A DNA stretch of 64,000 nt from assembly GCA_010093815.1 (NCBI GenBank), contig ML996582.1. One strand, 5' to 3'. Position 1 is the first letter of the stretch; every line of letters begins with the position of its first letter. The stretch comes from Pseudovirgaria hyperparasitica (lineage: Eukaryota). The position numbers and the translations under genes were made by a program. This document shows positions 13,213 through 25,837 of the stretch, one piece after another. The notes under the pieces were generated by a model. That model saw only the letters and a list, made by a program, of their open reading frames with translations, searched no databases and was not told the DNA's origin.

Positions 13213-16200
13213 ACCTTGGCGCTCGGGATAGACAATGGGAAAGTCGATATTGGAACAAGCTCAGCGGTACTGGATATAGACAGGGATGATGTGTGTAGAG
13301 TGGCGGGCTGAAGTTCTGGGAAAATGCGGCCTCGACGTAACACAAGGGTGTGGTACTGGTCCAGAAGCTCGCTGCCTGTAGAAAACAGGAAAAAGAAACC
13401 AACGGCTCGACACAGAACAGAAGCCAGTGCCAATCAATGCGTTGGAAAAATGATTTTAGCCAAGTTGACTCAGCACTTAATTCAACGATTGATATGTTCC
13501 TGTCCAACGGGCCAATGAGCAGTGTTATTTTTGAAGTTCATGCCTTTTACTTTCGTGTGCGTTCAGGATAGGGAGTATGGACAATGGGGAGGAGAAAGTG
13601 GATCGTAGATAGATGGCAATATGTGAGACGCGTCGGACGATGAAGAGCGATTTAAGGAGTCTAGAGGACTGGCAGAGGGGATACCTGCTGGAAGTGTATC
13701 GAGGGAGGGGAACAGGGGACACTAGGCCGTATCACCAGGGCTGCAGCGCGGCCAAGCAAGAGATCAGGTAGCAGAATGGTGATGATCGGCCAATATTTCG
13801 ATGCAGGGTCTGGAAAGTAGAGGGACAGAGTCTTCTTGTTGCAAAGGTCGAGGCGGATGAATGGCGTAACCGCTTCTTGCTCGTGTGGCTCGCAAAGTCC
13901 GGGGTAGCCAGGAAGATGTAGTACACAATACAAGCCCCCGGGCGCAGGCGCAGAGTGACAAAAATGCAGGTGACGGATAGGGTGCTGCGGATGCAGAGGC
14001 AAATGCAGACTTGTAAGCGTAGGAAGACGAGCCAACGTCTGTAGTCCTTGTTGTTCCTGTTGTCGCTGCAGTGTGACGATTCGAATTGTTCGCTACTGGC
14101 GGCTACGTGCAGATAGAGAGAGATGCGTGGGGGGTCCTGTCTCGCCCTGGGAGGGGGGTTTGATGTACTATGTACACTGCCGGTGGCTGATCGGATCTGC
14201 GGGGGGTCGACCGGACCTCATACGAGAGGGAACACGTTGCTCAGCGTTATAGAAGAGAGACGCAACGTCGTAGATGCTGTTATGCGAGATGCAGTCTGCA
14301 GTCAGCTTTCAGCATTTAGCAGTCTCGGGAGTTTTCTATAACAGAGTGGGAAAAAAAGGGAAGGCCACATGCCACAGTACTAATAGAATTCTAAATTGTG
14401 CCGCTCGTAGCGTACCGACATGTTGCTCAGCATTGTCCTTTAATAAATCAGCTAAGATGCGCAAGTGAATGGAGGGTGAAAAGTGCAAAAAAGAGGGGTC
14501 GGAAGCGCCTGAGGCATGTGAGGCGTCTGCTCCGTGTGCGTAGCTCCAGTACTGTGTATATAGCTGACACTGGCGGGTCCCGCCACGGGAGAAAGCGGCG
14601 GCCTGAGGACCCTGTTCGACGCCGCCTTTTTTTTTTTACTTTGCCGTTGCTTTGCCTTTTCCCCGCTCTCCCTTTTTCCCTTTAATTACCTGCCTGGTTT
14701 AGGTACTTAGCTCTCGACCGACTTGCATAGCATTAATGCACTCGGATTCTTCTCAACTGCATGTCGGTGATTTGTTTTCTCCGTGTAGATGCACACTCCA
14801 CCTCGCACTGTACGTACCGGTATGCAAACGCTAATCCCAGACAGGATGTTTAGCGTGGGGTAACATTACCTGAGACTCGTGATCTGTTATGCGGCATTTC
14901 CTATCCCGGCCATCGCCTTCTATCTTGCATGCACCACTCATCTCATCCTTCTTCGTATAATTATCTTCACCACCACCAGAACCCTCCCACGTCAGGCTAC
15001 TTCTGCATATTAACCTGCTACTTCTTCCTACTCGTCTGCTTTCGTCGACCTGCAGCTACCACCAGCCTCTTCTTGTCAACCATCGCACTTGGCTTACCTC
15101 TTTGCGTCATGCACGCTGCACGAGACGCTATGGATCGAGAGTCCGTCTGCTGATATATTCACAATCACTATTTCTTGTACATTCACGTCAGACGCTAATG
15201 ATAACCTCTACAGGCCTGCTCCATACTCACCCAGCACAACCTCCTTGAACATGGTCTATTGCCGGAGACGGTACCTGTTTTCGTACAACAGCGTCAGACA
15301 AGTTTGACCAGAATCATGAATCACTACGTGCCATCTCCAACGTCTCATGCCATCGTTCTCTACGATAGAATACGGTGCCTCGTATGTCCGCTCATCTCCG
15401 CGCCACTCGCGAGCCTACGTCTCAAAACTTCAATTGCGTCATTGATGCCCCGAGACCGCTGACAACTGGCCCAGTACCAACAATGCTTTGCAATTAGGGT
15501 TGATCCATAATGATGATCCTACGTTACGCATAGCACTACCATTTTGCTTCTTGCTTTAGTAATACTTCCTTCATCCTGCCGTCTAACAACCATCACGCCT
15601 ACCCGTCTTCGTATCGACGTAGATGCCCTCGGTAACGGTTCTCTCTTGCTAGTAACTTATTCGGCTACTTCCGGTCAATTTCCCCGCCCATCTTGTGTGG
15701 AGCTCAGAAGCCTCAGACACTATAATATGGCGCTACGGGATGTGCATGATTTAAGCACTTGAACCAGGCAGTTTGCAGCTGAGTATATCTGGGATCGTGC
15801 GTTCTGAGTTGGCCACCTAGCATTGAGATGTACATGGCATCTCTCGTATGGCGAAGTCGTTCATGCAGTTCAGGTCAGATTTATTCCTTTCTAACTATCC
15901 CCTCTCTTGGCGTGGGGAAGCTGGCATGTCTTGTAACTCTACGACGGGCCATGCCGCTTGACTAGATTACTTCTGTGTCGGCCAGCGATTTATACGCCCG
16001 TCAGTTACGGCTACAAGCGGACATGCTCATCCTAGGACTGGCTATCGATTGACAAGAGGACCTTGTCCGGATGTTTTGGATACATCTCCGCTACATGCTT
16101 GACAGCCGCGTGTGTGTGTACAATTGCACTGCATGCTACATCCAATCAGGAGCGTTCAATCATGGCCTAGATCATGTAGGTGATGATCATACGCATAGAA

Positions 16201-17965
16201 CTGGTCGATTTGAACCTATCAGAAGCTAAGATGACCTGATAGACCTACTTACATGTGCTGCATATTCAACCCCCGCTTGTATCACCACACACAGCGTTAG
16301 GATCGTGGCGAGCTCACTTTCACAACCCGACGTGGCATCTATGCTCAAACCAGTAGTGGATACCTTTAGCCGGATCGGCATCTTTGTCCTATACTTCCCT
16401 TGGGTCAATGATCAGTGCTCCCAGTCTACACGTTTTTCGTACTCCTACTTAACTATCACACAAGTTACGAAAAAAACAACAATATCGAAGACATCAACAG
16501 AGCCTATTAACGACCTTCCGTGTCGTGCAGTCCCCGCGTTCTTCAACCGAAGGCATAGCGAATGCAATAAAGTCCCACCGGACTATAACAGCACGCGATG
16601 AGCAGTTATGTTAGCACTGGATGAACGCACTCTTATTCATTAATGTATATCAGTATTATTGACCTTGTCACCTATAGCGATGTCCTCATTGTCACTGTCT
16701 CCAAACTGGCGCGCCAACATGATACATTAGACTTCATCATGTCAACAGCAGCCCAATGAGGCTCGACTAGAATCGTCAGGCATGTCCAGCCAGGTTATCC
16801 ATTTGAGCGCCCTCAATCCTCATGGAGTGTGTCACGAATACGCACGCAAAAGCAAATGACCCAATCCCGATAACGTAACAACAGCTGGGTGGCTGGGAAC
16901 AGTAAGATTCAATGTAACATTTTCTGATATTCGCCAAAAACGCAATTTAAGCAGTGGTAAAATGACAATGCATTGTAACCCACAATCATCCCTGATATAT
17001 TCACAATGACGTATCTGCACGCTTTTCATACCACACGAGACCCGGCCATAGAACGATACCTCTGCGAATAGGAGGACTGACTTCGTGTCTGATCGTGGTC
17101 GACATACACACCAGAAGATATACCTACGGATGTTTAAGGCCCTTCGTCACGGATGAAGCCACCAACATCTCTGACTACCCTTCCAAACCACTTATTGCTA
17201 TCCGCTCGCCATGATCCCTGAATTCTCTGGCCCTGATGACGTCTTCAAACAGACAGAAGATGTGGAAGAAGAAAGAAAAAGAACGTATTACATTATCTAT
17301 TTGATCTTTGCATGCATTGTCATAGAAATCCTGACAGCTTGGCTATTGGCATATTCATTATATGCATACTTAGCATGACGAGACGGCTATCTGTGCTATG
17401 CTCTCAGGATGTTTCGCTTTTCGAGTGTGTTTGGCATGCAGTAGATTCTCTTGCTGCTACCGGCATGTCCAGCAGCACATATATGTCTTTTGCAAATTTT
17501 AACAATGCTATACAGAACAAGTTTTGCCGTTTCCAAAGTATCGAAATGGCTAAGCAGGTAGCTAGACGTCGTTTAAAACACTTCTCACGTAGATTGAAAG
17601 CATAATAAATTCCCACTGCCTTCTTACGACTGACGACTTTTGAGGACATTATCGGCATATACTCACTCAAGTGGAAACCTCTGGTATGTGATCGATCTCT
17701 TAGTCGCGGTATTCAATGCCAATTCCTCTGGACACTCGTGTCTAAATTTTCCAAGATATATTAGGTCGAAAGACCGTCTCTCATATCGACTATCTATACA
17801 TCGCGCATGTCAGTCAGTCCTCTGGTCAAAGTAATGCTGCGCGCTTAGTATATCTATATCTATACAGTTCAAGGATATCACCAGTCCGAAAATGCCCATC
17901 CAACGCCAAAGCCCATGCACGAAATTGACATAACACCCGCTAAAGCCAACATGCCACCGTGCGAC

Positions 17966-20158
17966 TCACTTCTTTCCCTTCCCTTTCCTCCTGCCCTTGT
18001 CCTCTTTAGGCACCTCCACAAACCCTTGCTGCACCTCCTCTCCCACCTCCCCCTGCAACGCCTTCAACTTCTCACCCCCACTGATAAAGAAGCTCAAGTC
18101 ACGATTCTGCTCTGCCAGCTCCGCCTTTTCCATTTCCAACACGCACAGCCGCTCGTCCTTCTCCTTCTGCTTGACTTCCAAAAACTTGATGCGCGTCATC
18201 AGACTCTCGTTCATGCTCTTTTCTTCCTGGTACTGCTTTGTGAATTTCCGCGCTAGGTCGGAGGATGCGCCTGCGCGTGCAGTTTGACGCGCGACGTCCT
18301 TCTCGAGACTCGCGATGGACGTCTGCGCGGCGACGTGTTGGTCATGGAGCTGTTTGACCTGGGCGGCGAGCGCGGATGCGGTGCGCACAGCTTCATCGGC
18401 AGAGGCCGCGGCCTGTGAGGCCTTGTCGACGGCGCGCTCGAGCTGCTCTTCGTAGTAGCTGCGCTGGCTCTCAAGCTGGGAGGTGAGGAGATAGGTATAC
18501 TCCATACCCATGTTATCGAATTTCTCGCGGGGGATGGTATCTTCGCCGTATGCCGTCATGCCGGGGTGAGACGAAGGATTACGGGAATAAGCGGCGGGGA
18601 GGTCGACGAGTTTGCCGTCTGCTTTGTTCTGAATGAGGCGATGTACGTAGCCGTCACCTGGATAGTCCCAGACGTGTTGGCTGTTGACGTCCATGGCATA
18701 GGCATGGGATGTAGCTTCGTAATGGGCAAACGCGTGGGCCTCGTCGTAGCGGCCGCAGCCAATGTTGCCGCAGATTAGACAGATCCAGAGGTTAGACGTG
18801 GATCCGCAGACAGTACATTCGTTTTCTGCAGCGTCACCGCCGGATGCGAGCCCTTTGCTCCCCGTAACATCGTTCTGTGTGTATCTACAAACGGGACAGC
18901 CAGTCCCTCGCCATTTTTCTAGACATGCGCAGTGAAAGACGTGTTGACAAAGGATCGTCAGGAGGCCGGTCGTCTCGTCCATTCGTTCCAGACATACGGG
19001 GCAAGTTGGTAGTTCTACAAGGTTTGCTGTCGGAGGCGCAAGGGGCTTTGTCGAGAGCGATGAAGCGAGGGAACTTGTGTCTGTAGGTAAGGGAGCTGTA
19101 GGCTTCAGTCCGGGCGCTGGTGTGAAAGGATCGTTAGTATTGGCTGGAAAGTTCGAAGGGTCGCCGTGCGAGTCTGGCGTCCTAAATTCAATCGATTTAA
19201 CGAAGACGACCTGACAGTTCTCCGGCTAGATGGTTGTTAGATATATTACATAAAGGAGACGTCAATTGCTCACCTCCATACTATTGAACAATTTTCCGTT
19301 CCATTCTTTTCTCCAAGCCCTTGCCTTCGCTGCTTCTCGAAACTTCATTAGCACCATGTATTTGTTCATCGTCCCTGTTCTAATCAGTCTGAAATGACTG
19401 ACATCCTCCCTGGTCCTCTCGCCGGCGAAACCAAGAAAGTCCGAGGGCGTCATGTAGGATGGCACGGCCAGTATACACAACGTTGTACAGTCCTCCTCTT
19501 TAAACACACCTCCACTGACTTCTGTTGCCCTTTCATTATCCGAGCCCGCACTACTAGACGTGTCATCGTCAAGCCATGGTGTCTCTTTCTCATCCCTATA
19601 GAGGTGCACGACACCCCAGCCGACCTCGGTATTTCGAGGCCCTGCCAGCGTGAAGCGACCCTTCGTGGAGAGTCCTATTGAGCTAGGTATTTCGTCAAGA
19701 TTCTTGACTTGAGCCCGTGCTCCCTCAGTCCCATCGATAGGTACCATATCGATGCTTTGTATGCACACAGTATTGAAACGCCAGTCGATATGAGTCGGCG
19801 AATACGATCGTGCAGCAAGTACCGTTGTCTGGTGGAGTGGAACCGGGCTGTTACCAAGCTCACCTTGCGAGGACCCGTTGCGATGGCTGAATCTACGTTG
19901 GTAGGCTGGCCTCGGGGCAATTCCAGGTGCCTGGACGGTGTCAGGATGTGTAGAGGTAGCCTTGGAGCGCTTCTGGAGTGGCCTTGATGGTATGCCCCAA
20001 GTAGAACTACTGTGAGTTGGGAGAGGAGTCTGAAATATGTCTGTTTCGGGTGGTGGGAGGTATTGCTCATGAGGTTTCACGATGAGTGTTTTCGGCTTGA
20101 AGGAAGCTGGAGGCTGAGTATATAGCTCCAAGGCTAGGTGGTATAGGTATGATGGCAT
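17966..20158 (-). CDS. ETP1: BRAP2/ETP1-type ubiquitin ligase (BRAP2 domain, RING-H2, zf-UBP, coiled coil)
   Basis: LCILAVPSYMTPSDFLGF, NKYMVLMKF, ELPTCPVCLERMD..CQHVFHCACL..CPVCRY, LWICLICGNIGCGRY, LESQRSYYE; intron 19273-19226. Confidence 0.92.
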
Positions 20159-20882
20159 GAGTGAGAGACCAACTGGTGAAAGTCTCGGTCAAGCATACTT
20201 GGGTTGACGTTGTATAAGTGCGGGAGAGATCACTTGAAGCTCAGGCTTATAAGCAACATGTGTAAATTGTCGCCCAGGAAGCATTTCACAGTTATCGATA
20301 AGAGCCAAGAATTCCGCGGGACTGTTAAAGTTGTGCATGGGGTCTTGGCATTGCGTTAGATCGGTTGAGTAGTGGCACATCAATTGATTACATCTACGTG
20401 AGCAGGTTCGGCATTCACTGATACGCTTATATCGAATGTTTGCATATGAGGAGTTATGTAGATATGTCTACATTTTAATGAATATTCACGTTTCAATGAG
20501 GTTAGAAGTAAACATATGATGCATAAAACATGTACCTTGTATGCCATGAACAAAGACGTGCCTTGCACGTTCGAAAAGACATATAACCATGTGGCATGTC
20601 CAGCGCCAGTGATGTACGCCATCGCTTCGTTATGATCGTGACCATTTCCATAAGTACTCCGGCCCATGAATACAAGTGCGCCGACAAATACTGCAACCAG
20701 GTGATGGTGTTGATATCAGGTAGTAAAATTTGCGTCATCAAATCTCTTTGAAAACAACACAAAAAAAAAGAAGCAACGCAACGCCGCGCGGTCAGACAGG
20801 GGGTCAGCCGTGGATGCAAAATGGGTATACAGTGGTGAAAAGTGGCAAGGGGTGTCGCAATGTGTAGATGTTAATGTGTTAC

Positions 20883-23800
20883 TCATGGTTGCGCAGGATC
20901 TAATGGGTCCGTGAATTCCTCAAGATCTTCGATCTCTCGGCCTTTGCTATCGACGACGATGCGTCGACCCCGTTGATCGGGTGGTATGCCATCGCGAGAG
21001 GCGCCAAAATCCAGGACCTAAGCGGAACGATTAGTATCTCATCTAGCAGATTGATTCTATCAGACTTACCTCAATGTAGGTCTGTGTGTTGCGTTGCACT
21101 GCTGCAACGCAACGACGATCATTGAATTTGACCTGCCAGACTCCACTAAGGTCTGTCAAGAGATCCTTGACGCATTCGCCAGTCTTGACGTTCCACATCT
21201 TCAAAGTTCTGTCGGACCCGGAGATTACCTTTTGGTCATCGTGCTGGAAACATGTGATAGCACCAGTGTGAGCACTCAAGGTTGACTTGCATTGGCCGTT
21301 TTCGGGGTCCCAGATACGAAGCGTAGAATCTGCAGCAGCAGATACAAGACGATCGTGACTGAGGTCTAGGAGGCCCACAAGCGAGGAGTGGCCTTCAAGA
21401 TTGAACAAGCATTGGCCAGAGTCCAGGGACCAGACCTTGACAAGATTGTCCATAGAGCCACTTATGCACCGGTTCCTTTTGTGATCGAGCACAACACTAT
21501 ACACTTTCTGCGCATGTCCAGACAGGCGGTAGACAACCTCGCCAGTGGATATTTTCCATACGCGGACTGTTGCATCGTAGCTGCCACTTACGAGTGTATC
21601 AGCGTGGGCAGCGATCGCACGTACAGAGTGATGATGTCCGGTAAGTTGCCGGATGAAGTACGGATTCTCATAATCATTTGCTTGCTGCGCAACTTGATGG
21701 ACTTGATGATCACCAACTTGAGGAAGCCTCCAGATACGTAGTGTAGAATCTCTCGATCCAGTAATGATCAGAGGCTCCTTCGGCATCATTATAGGTTCCT
21801 TATTGGCAGTCTCTCCAATCTTAGTAGGTTTGAGAATTTGGAGGCATCGGACGGTAGAAGTATGACCTTGGAAGATCTGTAGACACTTTGCTTTCTCGAT
21901 ATCCCATACACGGACTGACCTATCCGTAGAACCTGACACAAGAATATTGCCTTCATATTGAAGCGCCCAGACACCTCCTTCATGTCCGTGCAAACGAGCC
22001 TTTAGCTCTCCTGTTTTTGTGTTGTATACGTTAATGTGTGTGTCGTCACTGCCCGTAAGAATCTTGTCGGTGTCAAACTGGAGGCAAGTAACGACATGGC
22101 GCCCATGAGCACGGAATGTGAGGTGATGCGGCTGAGTGTCTTCCTTCATCCAGCTCTTGCGCATGAGGTAGTGACGCTGATAAAGCGATTTATAGAGATG
22201 AAGGTTGCGGAGGCTTGGAAGACCAACATTTGGGTTCGGTACGGCCAGCAGTGCAGCATCTGCAAATGCCATAGGTCCTTGGGCCTTGTCCAGTGATTTC
22301 ATCCAAGACGGGTGCTTGGACAGCTCGTTACCCTTTGAGTTCGCTACAAGCACTTTTCTTCGCTTTTTGGTACCATATTTTGCTGTGGCCTTTCTCTTTG
22401 GTCTGGAAAGAGCTATGACTTCAACCTCTCCGAGAACTGCCGAGCCCGGTGATGAAGTAACCGGAGAGCCGTCTCCCAACGGCACAGTCGATTCCCGTAA
22501 ATCGCGTTCATAGCTTTCAGCAGAATGTGGGTATTGCCACCCCCAACCTTCTCTGACTGCGCGACCAATCTCGTCTACAGGAAGGTCAAAACCATCGGCC
22601 TCGAGTAGATCCTTCCAAGCTTTCTCATCTTGATTGATAATGCTTCTCCACTTCTTCGATACCTGCGAAGCTCGACACATACTTTTCACGTTCAGGTATC
22701 TTACAATATGCTGGCTCAATTCTGTAGGAAGAAGGCCAAGAAAGTCGCACTTCAAAGCTGGGTTGACTGTGTCGGCGATAAAGTGTAAAGTAGGCTTCGA
22801 GCAGCGTCTTAGAAGTTGAAACATGACGTACGTTTTCATCGCATCTGGCATCGCGTCGAATGAGTCGATCATCGCGGGAATATCCATGAGAGTCGGGGCT
22901 TGAAGATTCGTGTCCGATGACGGCCCATTCGGGTCAACAAGGTGATCTGGAAGAATTCCATCGGTGACTTGTCTACGATGAATCTTGTCGCCTATAGTCT
23001 CCTCAAATATGTCAGATATATCTAAGCTAGAAACATCATTCTCGTCGTCGTTATCTAGAGTGGTTGATGAAGTTCCTGTTTGGTTTCCATGCAATGCCGC
23101 GTTCGCTGCAGCAGTGATAGGTGATAAACTAGGGCTCGGAAGACTAGCATCTTGTGTTGCTAACGTATCTAGAGGCGGCGGACGTGTCGGACGACGGAAG
23201 CTGTGATCGGTTGCTTCAGGTTGACTGGCAAGCTCAAGGTCTGCATCCGCGATTGGGGGCGTCGCTGCCGCACCAGAACCTTCAAGGGCAAAGGCAACTA
23301 GTCCAAGCCCCGTTCCCGTCTGCGTCAATGGATCGTTTGACGTAACCCGTGAGCTTGTAACGATCTGATCCGCCCACACATTCCCATCAGAGCTCGTAGA
23401 CCGCCGATCCAGATCAAAATACTCTCTCTGTTGACCGTGGGCCAGCCTTGATCGAGCTGGTTCCGACCGCAGATTCGCGTGGGGTGCACCAAAACGAGCA
23501 GGAGCGCCAGCGTCCGTATCCGGTGTCGTAGGATTTACATTCTCTTCCAGGGGGTTTTGGTGATTCCTGAGTGAGCTATAGCCGGCTGTGCCAGCCTCAC
23601 GCACGGGTGCTTTCTGTTTCCTATGCTGCCGGTGCAGGCTCGCAATCTCAGCAGCCTCAGCGATCGAGGGTATATGTGACGGAGATGCCCTTTTTCTTCT
23701 GAGTGAGCCAGGCAGTCTCTGCTCTGCCAAAACTTTGAACATGTGTGAGTTCGAGCGTCGAAGGGGTCGATTTGGAGTTTCATAGCGGTTCTCAGGATGT

Positions 23801-24397
23801 TTGGCAGACTCGACGGCGCCTTTTACTGTTTCCAGAAAAGCGATCTGGTTTTCTGTCTGTTGTTCATGGTCAGCAGCGAATACAAGGAGTCAAACCCGGA
23901 TAACCTGTTAAGGAGGACTGGCTGATATTGGGGGTCGAATTTCATACCTCCTTCAAAGTCTGCTCAGGTACATCCGATTCCCTGAAGTGTGCTGGCATTC
24001 CTCCAATGTCAAATGTGAGATCCTTAAGATATGCTGGTGTGGATGACGCTGCCAGGGGATAGAGTTTCGGGTCTCGATTTTGAAGCTGACGAGGGGCTTT
24101 GACTATTAACGGCGGGAGTGTCACACTTGTTGTGGTTGTAGTCGTTACAACAGTCGTTTTGGTGGCCGGAGCATAGGCATAGCGTCCTACAGTATCTGTG
24201 AAAGGATCCATACGTTGCAGTGACGCTGCGGTCGATATGTCTTTACATCGGGAAGCGGTACGTGGACGGGACGCAGATTTCAGGAAGGTTGGCGAAGTTG
24301 GAGAAGCGTGAGTTGACTGCGAGGCACCCGCCGAGGTAAACGTAGTCGTCGCGAAGGAGTCGCCGCTCAAGTCGCTCTCAGTTGGGGTCATGTTCAT
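20883..24397 (-). CDS. CDC4: F-box/WD40 SCF substrate receptor Cdc4
   Basis: ALKCDFLGLLPTELS F-box, HVVTCLQFD, GHEGGVWAL, GHTSTVRCL WD40 repeats, tail VLDFGASRDG; introns 23947-23857 and about 21070-21018. Confidence 0.93.
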
Positions 24398-25837
24398 ATC
24401 GGAAGGGGCGGTTTAAGCCGACGCGAAGTCGAAACAAGAGAGGCGCGTGAAAGCGGTTCTTGTGACTCAACTGATCATTCGTACACACTAACGTGGTATT
24501 CCGAGCCGCATAGAAGTAGTCGAATGCTGTAGTCCCTGATTATAGACCCCAGTGGGGAGATCCTGCGTCTGGGTACGCCGCTCGGGGCTTACAAGGTGCA
24601 GGAAGGTGACTAAATATCACCACGACATGGTCAGTGAACTTTTGTGGTGTGGATGCAAAGGGGCAAGAGGTGCCTGGAGAAATGATGAGCGCAGTGGAGG
24701 TATGCAGCCAGAATAGTGAGAGAAAAGAAGAGCTTGGGACGAGATGGTGCTTGCGTGGGAGAGGGGCTGGAAGATGCAGTCGGGTGAGTGAGAACTGGGA
24801 AGGCGTTTAGGACTAGACGACTCGGCTGCAACTCGGCACACGTGACTTTCGAGGCCGCCTGCATTATTGCCTGCATTGTCCCGACGTCCAAAATGCCCGG
24901 CCGAGCTAAATGCTGATTTTGCGCAATTACATACTCGACAGATGTTTTTGCGCGCAGTATAATACATCCCCAATGTATGTACAAAATTTCAGTCTGCAAG
25001 ATATGGTGAATAAACTCCATCGCCAGCGTGGTTAGGCGACGACAAGTCTTAAGACTGCGCCCTAAAAAAGGGGTACCTTTAATAAGGAGATAAATGCAAA
25101 GGCATGCAGAGCACAGTTGATCCGAGTTCACTTGCCTGATATCGCCTTCACGCGTTACCTTGCGTCCGCGCCAGCTCTGGTCTCTATCGATATAAGGCCG
25201 GTCTGGGAGCCTGGGATGTATATTGTCTTTAGTGCTGTTGGCTGCCTCTCGGTGGCATAATTCGCCTGGGTATGAAGCTACGAAGGATTTACAAACGGTC
25301 ATATTGAGTGCGACCCTTTTATTGACCACGTTAAGGCAGATCTCCTAGTACACACAGACTGAAAAGACTCCCTTCCAAGTATGTTACTAATCTTGGAATA
25401 ATACCCTAGACCACGAGAGTGGGGACATGGGTATTCTTGATTTATCACATATTAGGTATCAACTTCTATGTAACAGACACTTTGGCAGTCATAAACACCA
25501 TATATAGGTTTCACGTGTAACGTATGCCATGTAAAGGTAATATCAGAAGTATAACTTGCTAGAAGCCATCACTAGCTAAGTTATACAACCATTTGTCAAT
25601 GATATATATACATATACATAGAACTCCCCCGTGAACTCCACAAGGATGACTACTCCGGCCCAATGAGATGACATCAGTCGTAAAGAAGACAATTTCGTTT
25701 TCGTTCAACAAGGTGTAAGTAATGCTGCAGTAAATTCGTGTCGTTCATGTTCCGTTCGCAGCGCCAGCTCTTATTCTCGTAGCCGTGCTTGTGTGCATTT
25801 CATTTCTCGATCCTCCTCTTGTGGTTGGGATTTCTCT

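Noticed and set aside
15494..15501. TTAGGGTT, a possible telomerase RNA template on the minus strand
   Set aside because: An 8-mer of this class is expected by chance; no pseudoknot or CR4/5 element identified.
16180..16239. GTGATGA...CTGA, a C/D-box snoRNA-like arrangement
   Set aside because: Short, poor kink-turn stem, no recognisable rRNA guide or C'/D' boxes.
24631..25329. 232-aa GTG-start ORF upstream of CDC4
   Set aside because: No motif, non-ATG start, lies in promoter/UTR sequence.
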